DNA from: a virus
Lineage: Duplodnaviria; Caudoviricetes
Virus record (IMG/VR): IMGVR_UViG_3300045999_011354
Span: 1,340 to 65,339 of that record
Length of the DNA: 64,000 nt
Strand: one strand, 5' to 3'
The position numbers and the translations under genes are program-made. The notes under the pieces were generated by a model. The model did not search any database. It worked only from the letters and a program-made list of their open reading frames with translations, and had not been told where the DNA came from. The number at the start of each line of letters is the position of its first letter. The stretch's first letter is position 1. This document shows, piece by piece, positions 19,827 through 28,902 of the stretch.

Positions 19827-20084
19827 GTGGCAGAGGACGACCCGAACGAGTCACGAACCCCGTTTAGCTGGAAGGGCGTAGAAGAACAAGTAGCAGCCGG
19901 GCTGATCCTGATGGCAACATGCGGGATTGGGTTTATTGCATTTACGGTTCCACAGCGGCTTGATCTCATTCTTGAAAGATTGACAGCGGTTTCACAAAGA
20001 GTTGCAGTATTAGAAGAACGTGTTGATCGCGTTGAAGATAACGTTGAAGACCTAAGACTAAAGACTCGTCACATGTGGAAATAA
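19827..20084 (+). CDS. Membrane protein with coiled coil (holin-like or lysis accessory)
   Basis: One hydrophobic segment then a heptad-rich tail; upstream of the endolysin. Confidence 0.5.
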   Translation: MAEDDPNESRTPFSWKGVEEQVAAGLILMATCGIGFIAFTVPQRLDLILERLTAVSQRVAVLEERVDRVEDNVEDLRLKTRHMWK

Positions 20085-20338
20085 TGCCAAGTTGGTTGCA
20101 GCGATCAATAATGACAATTTCTGCTGTTATCGCCGTAACAGCACTTGTTCAGTGGGGCGCCTGTCGTTTTTATACGCTTCCGACAGCTTGGCCTTGGTAT
20201 GCGAAATATGTAGGCACAGAGCAAGGGGCGCGAATTGATATAACTCCTTTGGGTTGCAACGATGCAGACAACAGAACGATTACAGTTTTGATGACAGTGC
20301 TAACTACTCTTATCTCGCTAAGTCGCAATGCTGAGTAA
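20075..20338 (+). CDS. Two-TM membrane protein, possible holin
   Basis: Two hydrophobic segments; lysis cassette. Confidence 0.45.
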   Translation: MEIMPSWLQRSIMTISAVIAVTALVQWGACRFYTLPTAWPWYAKYVGTEQGARIDITPLGCNDADNRTITVLMTVLTTLISLSRNAE

Positions 20339-20364
20339 GCTGAAGCGAGGTATTTTTTAAGACA

Positions 20365-20640
20365 ATGAAAGGCCTTCTCGTACAACTCGCAAAGATTCTG
20401 CTAAAGCTCGCACTTGACAAAGCAGTTAGAGAGGCATTGCCGGTCATTTACGAAAAACTTGATATTTCAGTACCTGTTGCAATCGTCAATGGCGCACCGC
20501 CCGCTGTTATCGAATCTGAAATCACGTATCTTGCGAAAAAATTCACAAGAGATACGGTTCCCGATAGCACGATTGAAGCACTAGCATTGCTTTACAACCC
20601 CATCAAAAACGCTGTTCGCACACAGCGCAGGCAACGATGA
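20365..20640 (+). CDS. Hypothetical protein in the lysis cassette
   Basis: Coupled to the endolysin by an ATGA overlap. Confidence 0.5.
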   Translation: MKGLLVQLAKILLKLALDKAVREALPVIYEKLDISVPVAIVNGAPPAVIESEITYLAKKFTRDTVPDSTIEALALLYNPIKNAVRTQRRQR

Positions 20641-21716
20641 GTGATTTTCTTAACGCCGCACGTTTCACTGACAAGAGCAACAGACTGCCGCATCAAGACG
20701 CTGCTTGGCGATGGGCCTGGGAGCGTCTGAGCGAGGATGAGCGCAAGCAATTCTTTGAGATGTTTCGAGCTGCGCCCGAACCTAAGGAGCCGCTCCCTGC
20801 GCCCTGGCTAGCTCCTGCGCTGCAGATCATCAAGACCTGGGAGGGTTGCCGCCTGGAGGCTTACCGATGCCCAGCGGGCGTCCCCACGATCGGGTACGGG
20901 GCTACTCGCATGATCGACGGCCCAGTGCGAATGGGCGACAAGATCACACAGGAAATGGCAGAAGAGCTGCTAGAAAATCAAGTTGTTAATTTATTCGCAC
21001 CTGGACTTTTTTCACTTCTCCCAATGATGAAGAAGTGGAAGCCGAATCAACAGGCGGCACTGATAAGCTGGGCTTTCAATATAGGACTTGGTGCAGCAGA
21101 AGAATCTACACTTTGCAAACGAATCCTTGCCTCAGAAGATCCGACAAAAGTAGTCATCGAAGAACTGCCTCGCTGGAATAAAGCCGACGGCAAAGTTCTT
21201 GAAGGACTTGTTAGAAGAAGAAGGGCGGAAGTTGATCTATTCACTGGGTCAACGCAGGCGGCAATCAAAGATGAAACAACCGTCAGTCCAGTTAAAGTTA
21301 CTCCCTCTAGCCCATTCGCAACTCGCCTAACAGCGCACGTACAACTTGGTGAATTTGCGCTCTGGCAAGAAGAGCGTCGTTTTGCGCATCAATATCAAGT
21401 TGATACAGCAGCAGAGCTTGCAGCGTTTCTAGAGCGTGTTCGTGTTGCTTTTGGAAATAAAGCGATCATCATCACAAGCGGTTATAGATCTCCCGCAATT
21501 AATAAATCAGTTGGCGGAGCAAGTTCGTCTGAGCATTTGTTTGATGCGCCCGGCGTTGGAGCCGTTGATTTTTACGTCAAAGACGCAGACATTAAAGCCA
21601 TCGAGAATTGGTGCGATAAAAATTGGCCTTTTTCAGTTGGGTACGGAGCTGTAAAAGGATTCGTACACATCGGAACTAGAAAAGGGCGCCCTCGCGTACG
21701 CTGGGATTATAATTAA
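20637..21716 (+). CDS. Endolysin: GH24 lysozyme plus peptidase M15-like domain
   Basis: WEGCRLEAYRCPAGVPTIGYG...GLVRRRRAE (GH24); ITSGYRSPAINKSVGGASSSEHL...AVDF...FVHIG (M15). Confidence 0.9.
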   Translation: MSDFLNAARFTDKSNRLPHQDAAWRWAWERLSEDERKQFFEMFRAAPEPKEPLPAPWLAPALQIIKTWEGCRLEAYRCPAGVPTIGYGATRMIDGPVRMGDKITQEMAEELLENQVVNLFAPGLFSLLPMMKKWKPNQQAALISWAFNIGLGAAEESTLCKRILASEDPTKVVIEELPRWNKADGKVLEGLVRRRRAEVDLFTGSTQAAIKDETTVSPVKVTPSSPFATRLTAHVQLGEFALWQEERRFAHQYQVDTAAELAAFLERVRVAFGNKAIIITSGYRSPAINKSVGGASSSEHLFDAPGVGAVDFYVKDADIKAIENWCDKNWPFSVGYGAVKGFVHIGTRKGRPRVRWDYN

Positions 21717-22210
21717 AGCCAAGTCCAAGTTCTTTGAGATTTAATATTTGATATTGTAGTTCTACTTACACCATAGTCAATTGCTATTTCTTTTTGTGAC
21801 CTTACGTCTTTGCGTATGGCAATAACGTCTTGTTCTGTGAGCTTTGCTTGGCCATGCTTGGAGCCTCTTGAGTTTGTGCCATGACGTCTAGCGTCTTCGT
21901 AGTTTTCTTTGCAAGTATCCCATCGTAAGTTTATTAATCGGTTGTCAGCTCTGTTGCCATTAATGTGACAGGCTTGATAGTCTTTGCTTGGGCGAAATCC
22001 AGCAAAAGCTTCTAGAACCAAAGCATGACCATAAAACATTTTTTTATCACCACGTCTAGAAAGCAGATACAAAACATAGCCAATACACTTGTTCGGCTTG
22101 CTGCTTAATTCTTTGTATCTTATCAAACTAAAAACTCTTCCTTGATCCGAAACCTCATACAGCCCTTCGTAGCCGACAACAGGCTTCCATTGCTCTAAAA
22201 TACTGGTCAT
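21713..22210 (-). CDS. NUMOD4-HNH homing endonuclease
   Basis: EQWKPVVGYEGLYEVSDQGRV (NUMOD4); CHINGNRADNRLINLRW (HNH); C-terminal HTH. Confidence 0.9.
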   Translation of the reverse strand: MTSILEQWKPVVGYEGLYEVSDQGRVFSLIRYKELSSKPNKCIGYVLYLLSRRGDKKMFYGHALVLEAFAGFRPSKDYQACHINGNRADNRLINLRWDTCKENYEDARRHGTNSRGSKHGQAKLTEQDVIAIRKDVRSQKEIAIDYGVSRTTISNIKSQRTWTWL

Positions 22211-22229
22211 CAGCTCAGTCCTTGTGAGT

Positions 22230-22263
22230 TGGTCACGCTTCAGGGGTTGCAGCCCGCTGAAGC
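22230..22263 (-). promoter_or_regulatory. Bulged-C leader hairpin plus TGACCA, copy 2
   Basis: Minus strand reads GCTTCAG-C-GGG-CTGCAA-CCC-CTGAAGC-GTGACCA, upstream of the HNH start. Confidence 0.6.
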
Positions 22264-22284
22264 ACACCCATGCTATCACCAAAA

Positions 22285-23175
22285 TCAGCAGGTTCTAAGC
22301 TCTTTTCTTACTTTTAGCAAAAGCGCACATCTGTTAAGCCCATTCTGTTCTATCTTCTGCAATCTTCCACGCGACAACCCAGTCGCCTCGCATATATCCT
22401 TCCAGGGCGTTGGTGGATCTTTTGCGCGTTCAAGTACAACCATTTTTGTCATCTCATCTAAATAGCTTTCTATCGCCGCGTACGCATCTTCAATATTTGC
22501 GCGATTTTCTGCGTCTTCAATTGTATTTGAGTTTTTCTCATCCGCAATAATTTCAATCAAAAACGAACTATCCTCTGATTCATTCGCCTTTCTGTCGAGA
22601 CTTGTTAGTGCGCGTGGCGCGTTGGTTGCAATTTGTATTTCATCTGGTGTTAGATTTGAGTGCTCAGACAACTCTTCAAGTGTCGGCTCGCGTCCAAATT
22701 GCTTGCTAAATTCTTCAACTGTTTTCCTTATTTTGAATGTTGAATCATGTATTCCGATCGGGAGGCGAATTGTTAGATCAATGCACTGCATGGATCTTTG
22801 TATCGCCTGCCTGATCCACCAGTAAGCATAAGTGCTCATCGCGTATCCACGAGTCGGATCAAATTTTTCAACAGCTCGCGCTAGTCCGACATTACCTTCT
22901 TGCACGAGATCCATAAGATCAAGCGTCGTGCAACGATTTGTGTATTTTCTAGCAATATTAACGACTAATCTTAAGTTGCACTTAATAAATTTTTCTCTCG
23001 CCCTTTTTCCGATTCTTGCAATTTTTTTCTCTTCTTCTGTGTATGTTGATTCGTCTTTGTCGCGTATCAGCATCCATGCCTGCACCTGCGTGCCAAGCAT
23101 CACCTCCTGCGCTTTCGTGAGCAGGGGATAGCGTCCTATCTCATTGAGGTAGGTCTGTGTTGCATCACGTGTCAT
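22285..23175 (-). CDS. RpoD/sigma70-family RNA polymerase sigma factor
   Basis: YLNEIGRYPLLT, NLRLVVNIA, DLVQEGNVGL.RAVEKFDPTRGY..STYAYWWIRQAI. Confidence 0.95.
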   Translation of the reverse strand: MTRDATQTYLNEIGRYPLLTKAQEVMLGTQVQAWMLIRDKDESTYTEEEKKIARIGKRAREKFIKCNLRLVVNIARKYTNRCTTLDLMDLVQEGNVGLARAVEKFDPTRGYAMSTYAYWWIRQAIQRSMQCIDLTIRLPIGIHDSTFKIRKTVEEFSKQFGREPTLEELSEHSNLTPDEIQIATNAPRALTSLDRKANESEDSSFLIEIIADEKNSNTIEDAENRANIEDAYAAIESYLDEMTKMVVLERAKDPPTPWKDICEATGLSRGRLQKIEQNGLNRCALLLKVRKELRTC

Positions 23176-23335
23176 CGTCGTTTGAAGTGCCCTGTGAGAC
23201 TTGCAGGCAGTGCAGTTTCCATTGCGCTTGCCATTCCTGTGCATGATCCCACACCATCCCGATTCCGTAAACACGCCATTTCCAATTGTTTTCTTTGGAT
23301 GGCGCTTCGAGATAAGGCTTGTTACCGTCAGTCAT
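23165..23335 (-). CDS. Small Trp-rich hypothetical protein (56 aa)
   Basis: Hand translation MTDGNKPYLEAP...WRVYGIGMVWDHAQEWQAQWK; overlaps the sigma start. Confidence 0.55.
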   Translation of the reverse strand: MTDGNKPYLEAPSKENNWKWRVYGIGMVWDHAQEWQAQWKLHCLQVSQGTSNDDDT

Positions 23336-23350
23336 AACTACTCTTTGAAA

Positions 23351-23593
23351 ATGATGTCATCACCAAGCTACCGTCCTGAGGATCAGTTTCAAGAGCGACT
23401 AAATTCTGAACGTCTTAAGGAATTGTTTAGCCACAGGGACTACCAAGGACTACTCGACTTCGCATTACTTCTCAATCATCAGGCGTCGTTCAACAACAGT
23501 CGAGCCGTTTGGGCGATAGGGGAGGCGATGAAAAACATGAGCGCAGAGTTCTCGCTTGATAAATATCAAAAAATGATTGACGATCTCGCCTAA
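23351..23593 (+). CDS. Hypothetical protein, divergent from the sigma operon
   Basis: ORF fills the gap exactly up to the dcd stop codon. Confidence 0.55.
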   Translation: MMSSPSYRPEDQFQERLNSERLKELFSHRDYQGLLDFALLLNHQASFNNSRAVWAIGEAMKNMSAEFSLDKYQKMIDDLA

Positions 23594-24115
23594 TTACACC
23601 CAGATGCTCTGACGCACTGTTTCGCTGTTGTTATAGTTTCCCTTGACGGCGTAACTAACGAGCGGTGCGTCTGACATGCGCTGAAAAACAACTTGTCCAA
23701 TCAAAAGGCCTGGATATAGAGGAATTGGATGAATTTGCCTGATGTTATGAAGCTCAAGCGTTAGGCGACTTCCGTGAAAGCCAGGGTCAATGTAAGCACT
23801 AAGCGCATGAGAATATCCTTCACGCCCACGGCTTGACTTAAGTGCAAACTGCCCAGCAATATCTTCAGGCATGTTGAAGATCTCTTCTGTGCAGGCGAGG
23901 CAAAATTGCCCTGCTCGCAACAACCAAGGGTTTTCTTTCGTAAAGCCAGAGAGTGGTGTGGCAATGAATGAATCTGTCGCAACGGATTCAATCATGATCT
24001 GATTCCCAAGTCGCACGTCATAGCTTGCTGGGTTGAGCTGCTCTGATCTATATGGCAGCATCATGGCCCGCTCTTTACACAGGCGCTCGATTTCGTGATC
24101 GCAGAGAATGCTCAT
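23594..24115 (-). CDS. dcd: dCTP deaminase
   Basis: QLNPASYDVRLG, KSSRGREG, YIDPGFHG.RLTLEL, IGQVVF. Confidence 0.92.
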   Translation of the reverse strand: MSILCDHEIERLCKERAMMLPYRSEQLNPASYDVRLGNQIMIESVATDSFIATPLSGFTKENPWLLRAGQFCLACTEEIFNMPEDIAGQFALKSSRGREGYSHALSAYIDPGFHGSRLTLELHNIRQIHPIPLYPGLLIGQVVFQRMSDAPLVSYAVKGNYNNSETVRQSIWV

Positions 24116-24118
24116 CTG

Positions 24119-24853
24119 TCAGGGCGCAAGTTTTGCTTTGTGAAGGCGTGTCTCTTTGTACCAATTTGCAATTTCTGGTGCCCAACTCTCAAAATGAGGC
24201 AGCATCATATCGCAGAGGGCTCTGATCTCATCTTGTGCATCAGCTTTGGCGCGCAGATCAAGAAAGTGCATCAATGCCCGTAGTGAAAAGCTCACCACAA
24301 AGTGCTGGCGGAAATCAAATGGAATCAGTCCCCTTGCGTGCTCCTCCGCGCGACCACTATCGACAGCAAGCTTGTAGCGAACCGCTGAGTCGATACAAAT
24401 GATTCGATCAACTTTACGTTGATCTTCTGTATATTCGTAAGACTTGCCCTGACGATCGCGATAAGTGCCAACGGGGCGCAAGTAAAAAACTTCTTCAATA
24501 TCCCGCTTGCTTGTTACTGCGTCAATGATTCGCTGCCCTGTATAACGCCCGGACTGCACATCAAAACTCAAGCCAACACGATGCGTGCGGGCTTGTTGCA
24601 TAACACTATGCGGAAACCAGCCGACATTGAACGTGATCGCCGGGTGCTCCAGTGGGCCATAGTGCCCGCGCTCACCTTTTAGTAAGTGGCGCACGACAAT
24701 CTCTCCCGCTTCTTTTTCTTCTGGCGAAGTTTCATGAAAGACAAACTCTTCGCTGTAGTCTTGGTGCATCGCGTACCAACACAGCGACTGAGGATTGGGC
24801 GTGCAGCTTAATACCTTGACCGTGAAGTACTCATCTTTGATGGCTTCTTTCAT
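24119..24853 (-). CDS. thyX: FAD-dependent thymidylate synthase
   Basis: GHYGPLEH, QARTHRVGLSFDVQSGRY, HFLDLRA...AQDEIR. Confidence 0.95.
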   Translation of the reverse strand: MKEAIKDEYFTVKVLSCTPNPQSLCWYAMHQDYSEEFVFHETSPEEKEAGEIVVRHLLKGERGHYGPLEHPAITFNVGWFPHSVMQQARTHRVGLSFDVQSGRYTGQRIIDAVTSKRDIEEVFYLRPVGTYRDRQGKSYEYTEDQRKVDRIICIDSAVRYKLAVDSGRAEEHARGLIPFDFRQHFVVSFSLRALMHFLDLRAKADAQDEIRALCDMMLPHFESWAPEIANWYKETRLHKAKLAP

Positions 24854-25295
24854 TTGTTGCTCTCATTTATCTTTGATAGCACAAACGCCGCAAAAGCAAC
24901 ATGCGAAGCAGCTGATTGCTTATTTGCGGGCGCATTGGGATAAGAACCCTCCCAGTATTCGCGGAAAAGCTGTTCAAGATTGTCAAGATCAAGCATCGTT
25001 TTGCTCCTTGTTCATGTACTTTTCGGCCAGCCCAGTGTACAAAGCGTGCATCGGATGACGCTTGCTGCCGCGCCCATCCTTTTTGTACCAACTATCTAAG
25101 CGCTCCTGTTTCTGCTGCTCCTCAACGTGATTGATCATTGTGTTGTGAACGATGTTTGTTGATCCAGTGAGCAGCTTGTGCGCATCGCCACCCATAGCAG
25201 GCGGCAGCACGTACAAGAGCTCTCAGGTTGGCTCTCAGGGTTGCCTCTGAGTTCCAGACGGCATCAATGATGGCATCTGTTTCAGCGTCTGTCAT
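24850..25295 (-). CDS. Three short overlapping hypothetical ORFs (25122-25295, 24989-25138, 24850-24996)
   Basis: Hand-translated 57, 49 and 48 aa ORFs with overlapping starts and stops. Confidence 0.55.
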
Positions 25296-25430
25296 CCGGG
25301 CTTAGCAGAACTGCCTGACCGTAATAAGGCGCCAGCCAAGATTTCATCAAAAGATCGTTGGCCTCATACTTTGAACGCGCCCAGCAAACATGATAAATGT
25401 TTAAAACTGGGAAATGAAAAAAATAGCGTC

Positions 25431-25814
25431 TCATTGCACAAGGTCAAGCAGGTTTGGCTTTTGATAGCTCGGCCCTTTCATTACTTTTCCCGCCTCGTTT
25501 CTAATTGGTTTGCCAGAGTCATCCAGCTTGCTCATGTTGCTATCAAAAACGCGTTGCATCGCCTCGTCAAGATCCCAGCCCATATTCTCTGCTGCTTGAT
25601 AGCAGACAAAAACCAAATCGCTCAACTCTTTCAATAAGTCGGCGTGAGTGGAAATATCGCTTCCCTTGAAGCCTTCAAAAGCTTCAATGACTTCAGTGTA
25701 TTCTTCAATGATCAATTTAATTTGAAGATTGTACTGAAGACTTCCTCGTTGATTGTCGCTTTTGACTTCAAATGCTTTTCGCCACTGACGAGCCTGTTCT
25801 TGCAGTTGTCCCAT
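25431..25814 (-). CDS. MazG-like / PRA-PH-like nucleotide pyrophosphohydrolase
   Basis: LIIEEYTE...LLKELSDLVFVCY...RVFDSNMSKL...GKVMKGP. Confidence 0.85.
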   Translation of the reverse strand: MGQLQEQARQWRKAFEVKSDNQRGSLQYNLQIKLIIEEYTEVIEAFEGFKGSDISTHADLLKELSDLVFVCYQAAENMGWDLDEAMQRVFDSNMSKLDDSGKPIRNEAGKVMKGPSYQKPNLLDLVQ

Positions 25815-25825
25815 GTTGATAGAGA

Positions 25826-25851
25826 AAGAAAAAGCCCTGCCGAAGCAGGGC
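25826..25851 (-). terminator. Intrinsic terminator after the AbrB-like gene
   Basis: Minus strand GCCCTGC-TTCG-GCAGGGC-TTTTT. Confidence 0.8.
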
Positions 25852-25870
25852 GTGAACAGTGATGCGTTGA

Positions 25871-26413
25871 TCAGAGATCGAGATCGTCTTCTTCGACTTC
25901 AGCAGCAGCGTCAGCGTCAGTACAAGGGGTCAGGATGATCTTGCCTTCCTCTGCGCTCACCTGAACCTTGCTGCCAGGGGCAAAGCCGGCGATGGCGCTG
26001 TGGCGAGCACCCACGACGCAGTTGCCGGTCTTGCCCACGGTGACGATGGGAGCGCGGCCCTTGCGGGAGCTGTAAGCGCGACGAGCAGAGGGAATCACGA
26101 TGCCAGTAGAGGCTTCGGTGATGGCCTTGAAGAACTCGTTCTTGTGAATGCGGGTCTGGGTTTCCCCAGTCTCCGCATCAGTGATCTTGGTGTAGTAACC
26201 GGCGCCAAAGGCCAGTTCATCACCAGCAACGCCTTGATTGGCTTGTACGTAGTCAAGCAGTTCTTGGCCTACCTTACGCTCGCCGCCAACTTTGACTTTG
26301 GTGGACTTGGTGGCTTGAGCAGCTTCGGGGGCGGCGGCTTCAACAGACATTTCAGAATCAGTTTCGATGGGATCAAGGACAGCAGTATCTGCGTCCCGTT
26401 TTTTGCGTGCCAT
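25871..26413 (-). CDS. Cyanobacterial AbrB-like transcriptional regulator
   Basis: GQELLDYV...LAFGAGYY...FFKAITEA...VTVGKTGNCVVGARH...GFAPG...GKIIL. Confidence 0.7.
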   Translation of the reverse strand: MARKKRDADTAVLDPIETDSEMSVEAAAPEAAQATKSTKVKVGGERKVGQELLDYVQANQGVAGDELAFGAGYYTKITDAETGETQTRIHKNEFFKAITEASTGIVIPSARRAYSSRKGRAPIVTVGKTGNCVVGARHSAIAGFAPGSKVQVSAEEGKIILTPCTDADAAAEVEEDDLDL

Positions 26414-26474
26414 GACGGCGTGGGTGGTTGACTTATGCAAGTTACCACGTTGCGCGGCTTCTTGCAAGAGTGCG

Positions 26475-27017
26475 TTACGGCTTGAGTGCAAGCATCATTG
26501 CCGTAGCGGCTTCTTGATCAAGGCGTGACACCTTGACGTGAACCCCAGGGCCGTCAGACGGATCGCAAAACAGCTTCATGGAAGAAGCTGCAACGATCAA
26601 AGCGTCGTCATCATAACAGATTTTTGTCAACGCATCACCACACGCCCTGAGCAGCTTGTCTGCATCGCCCTTATTTGAATGAAACAAAGGGGCGCTGCGC
26701 TTAAGTGCGCCCTTACTGTCAAAATGAATCTTTGGGCGAGGCATGTAAAATAACAGTGACAATACAAATAACCCTTTCGTCTCCCAATTTGCAGGGCGCA
26801 TCAGTGTTGCCACGCGCCCCACGGAAGCCCTCCAGGCGTAGAGCCCCTTGGATTGCTCAGTCATGGCTACAGCAACGCGCTGACGGCCCTCTCTGTCGGT
26901 GTAGACGCGCCCAAAAGCATTCTTCGAGCCCTGTGTCTCGGGCTTGCCAGCGACAAAAAACGAATAGGACTGAATTGAATACTGCTCAAGTGTTGTCAAC
27001 AAGTTTGCCGTCATCAA
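26475..27017 (-). CDS. rusA: RusA-like Holliday junction resolvase
   Basis: GKPETQGSK, FYMPRPK, DADKLLRACGDALT...DDDALIV. Confidence 0.85.
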   Translation of the reverse strand: MMTANLLTTLEQYSIQSYSFFVAGKPETQGSKNAFGRVYTDREGRQRVAVAMTEQSKGLYAWRASVGRVATLMRPANWETKGLFVLSLLFYMPRPKIHFDSKGALKRSAPLFHSNKGDADKLLRACGDALTKICYDDDALIVAASSMKLFCDPSDGPGVHVKVSRLDQEAATAMMLALKP

Positions 27018-27723
27018 TCCCTTTGTCGCGCTTGTAGATTTCTATGAGCTTAGCGATCAAAATACGTCGATTCAACCTGCTTAGCTTCACACTTAGCTTT
27101 TCCGCCAGCTCTTCTGTCTGCTTTGCTGTTGGGTTGTTGTAAAGCGAAAGAGGGCGAACTGTGCGTTTTCGCTCCCAAATCGTCAGATCCTCTGCGCAAT
27201 CAAAAATGTCTTTGTATTTTTTCCCTGCGCCCACCTCCTGCAAGAGCTGTGGATATTGATTGTAAATTCTTTCGAGAATTTGCAATCTTCTGTATCTGTC
27301 TGGATTCTTTTTTCTGTATCGCTTTTGAATGTAATACTTGATGCGCATATATTCAAAGAATTCTTGAGGGAAATCAAAACCCTCGTGTTGCTCGCCCAAC
27401 CACTTTGCAAATCTCGATGCGCACTGTGACTGAGTTTTATCTTTGATTGCAGCTTTTGCGCAATTAGCAAGAAACGTTGCAAGTGTCGCTTTCTTGATTC
27501 CCAGTCCATGATGAAAGTTAAATATAAAATCTTTCACCCCGCCCATCTTTATTTCTCTGTTATCAAACGTTCTATATCCAAGATAGAATTTATTATCAAT
27601 AATCTTCCACATCGTAGTGAAAAATAATTCTCCGTCGCCCCCATTGATTACCGCGCCCAAATGAAGACGCGCATCGGCAACAAGGCGTGCGCCGTAAAAA
27701 ATATCACTGCGATCTTTTAACAT
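26986..27723 (-). CDS. Hypothetical protein
   Basis: 245 aa ORF within the operon; no recognisable motif. Confidence 0.6.
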   Translation of the reverse strand: MLKDRSDIFYGARLVADARLHLGAVINGGDGELFFTTMWKIIDNKFYLGYRTFDNREIKMGGVKDFIFNFHHGLGIKKATLATFLANCAKAAIKDKTQSQCASRFAKWLGEQHEGFDFPQEFFEYMRIKYYIQKRYRKKNPDRYRRLQILERIYNQYPQLLQEVGAGKKYKDIFDCAEDLTIWERKRTVRPLSLYNNPTAKQTEELAEKLSVKLSRLNRRILIAKLIEIYKRDKGIDDGKLVDNT

Positions 27724-27727
27724 CGTG

Positions 27728-28282
27728 TTATTGAGCGATCAGCGTATTAAGCGTTGCGCGGAAATCATGAATTGTTCCACTGTTCTCAACGACTTGATCA
27801 AATCCATCCCAATCGTCAAGCCCACCTTCTGACTGATGCGACCCTGCATTGATCACAGAAGGTCGAACAATTTTCCACATTTCGCCCCCAATCTTTTTGA
27901 TCATTTCTGCTTCGTTTTGAAAACGAACATCATCAACAACAATTCTGCAGTCTTTATCACGAAAGCATGAAGACACGCGGTGCATCATGCAGTCGATCCA
28001 AATGCTCCGAGAAATGCACTCGCGCCCCCACTCTGTTCCAAGAGTTTGCAGTACATGACGAGGAGTTGTATTGATTTCCTGAACGAGCTTTTCCTTTTGC
28101 CCCCAAACCAGTGACATCGCCTGTTCTCTTGTGTAGCCAAGCGAAATAAAAAATTCTGTTCCCATGCGCTTGATGGGTTCTGCAAAGCTCATTGTGCGAT
28201 AGCCCTGCTGCGCCAGCACGTTCGCCGCAAGTGATTTTCCTGACTGAGCGGCGGGACTGTAAAACCCAATGAGTCTGTTCAC
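27728..28282 (-). CDS. Deoxynucleoside monophosphate kinase
   Basis: P-loop AQSGKS, SFAEPIK, PRHVLQTLGTEWGR, DDVRFQNE. Confidence 0.9.
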   Translation of the reverse strand: MNRLIGFYSPAAQSGKSLAANVLAQQGYRTMSFAEPIKRMGTEFFISLGYTREQAMSLVWGQKEKLVQEINTTPRHVLQTLGTEWGRECISRSIWIDCMMHRVSSCFRDKDCRIVVDDVRFQNEAEMIKKIGGEMWKIVRPSVINAGSHQSEGGLDDWDGFDQVVENSGTIHDFRATLNTLIAQ

Positions 28283-28310
28283 TGTAATTTGCTGTCGCTA
28301 TCGAATGATA

Positions 28311-28337
28311 CAAGAAAACCCCCTTTCGGAGGCTTTC
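28311..28337 (-). terminator. Intrinsic terminator
   Basis: Minus strand GAAAGCCTCC-GAAA-GGGGGTTTTCTT. Confidence 0.7.
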
Positions 28338-28545
28338 AAGTCTTGGGCTTACAAGCTATTCACCTTGACAAGGCCCAGAACCCACATGCGGGGGCGGTAC
28401 CGCCTTGTTCCCTGATGAGACCCCTTGACGTTGCGTGCGCTGGTGCTTTACAGGCCTACCGCTTGGCCCGAGCAGTAGAAGCGTTGGCGCGGGGGAGGTG
28501 AATCAGTCCGGTTTCAGTGGGATCAGACCGTGCTCCGCCAAGCGA

Positions 28546-28902
28546 TCAGAACGGCATTTCGTCTTCTGCAGGGGCTTGAGAGCGAGATGGCATCTCTTGA
28601 CCTTGACGCTCAGGGATCGTGAAGTCAGTTGCATCCATGTAGATAGCAACGTAGTCAGTGCCGTCTTTTTTCTTTTTGGGTGAGACGGTTTTCACGCTTC
28701 CAACAAGAGTCACCTGGCGCCCGTCTTCCATGAACTTAGTGACGGTTTCAATCTTTTTGCCGTAGAAAGTGGCGTTGACGAAGTGAGTCTGTTTTCCGTT
28801 GGTAGTTTTAGAGCGGATACTGACAACGGCAGTTTTGCCGTAGTCGCCATCTTTTACTTGAACTTCGCCGGTCACATAACCGCTAGCAACAAGAGTGAGC
28901 AT
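28546..28902 (-). CDS. ssb: Single-stranded DNA-binding protein
   Basis: OB-fold pattern and acidic C-terminal EDEMPF. Confidence 0.85.
   Translation of the reverse strand: MLTLVASGYVTGEVQVKDGDYGKTAVVSIRSKTTNGKQTHFVNATFYGKKIETVTKFMEDGRQVTLVGSVKTVSPKKKKDGTDYVAIYMDATDFTIPERQGQEMPSRSQAPAEDEMPF

Noticed and set aside
28412-28440. Hammerhead ribozyme core (CTGATGA)
   Set aside because: No stem II followed by GAAA, and no compatible stems I and III were found.
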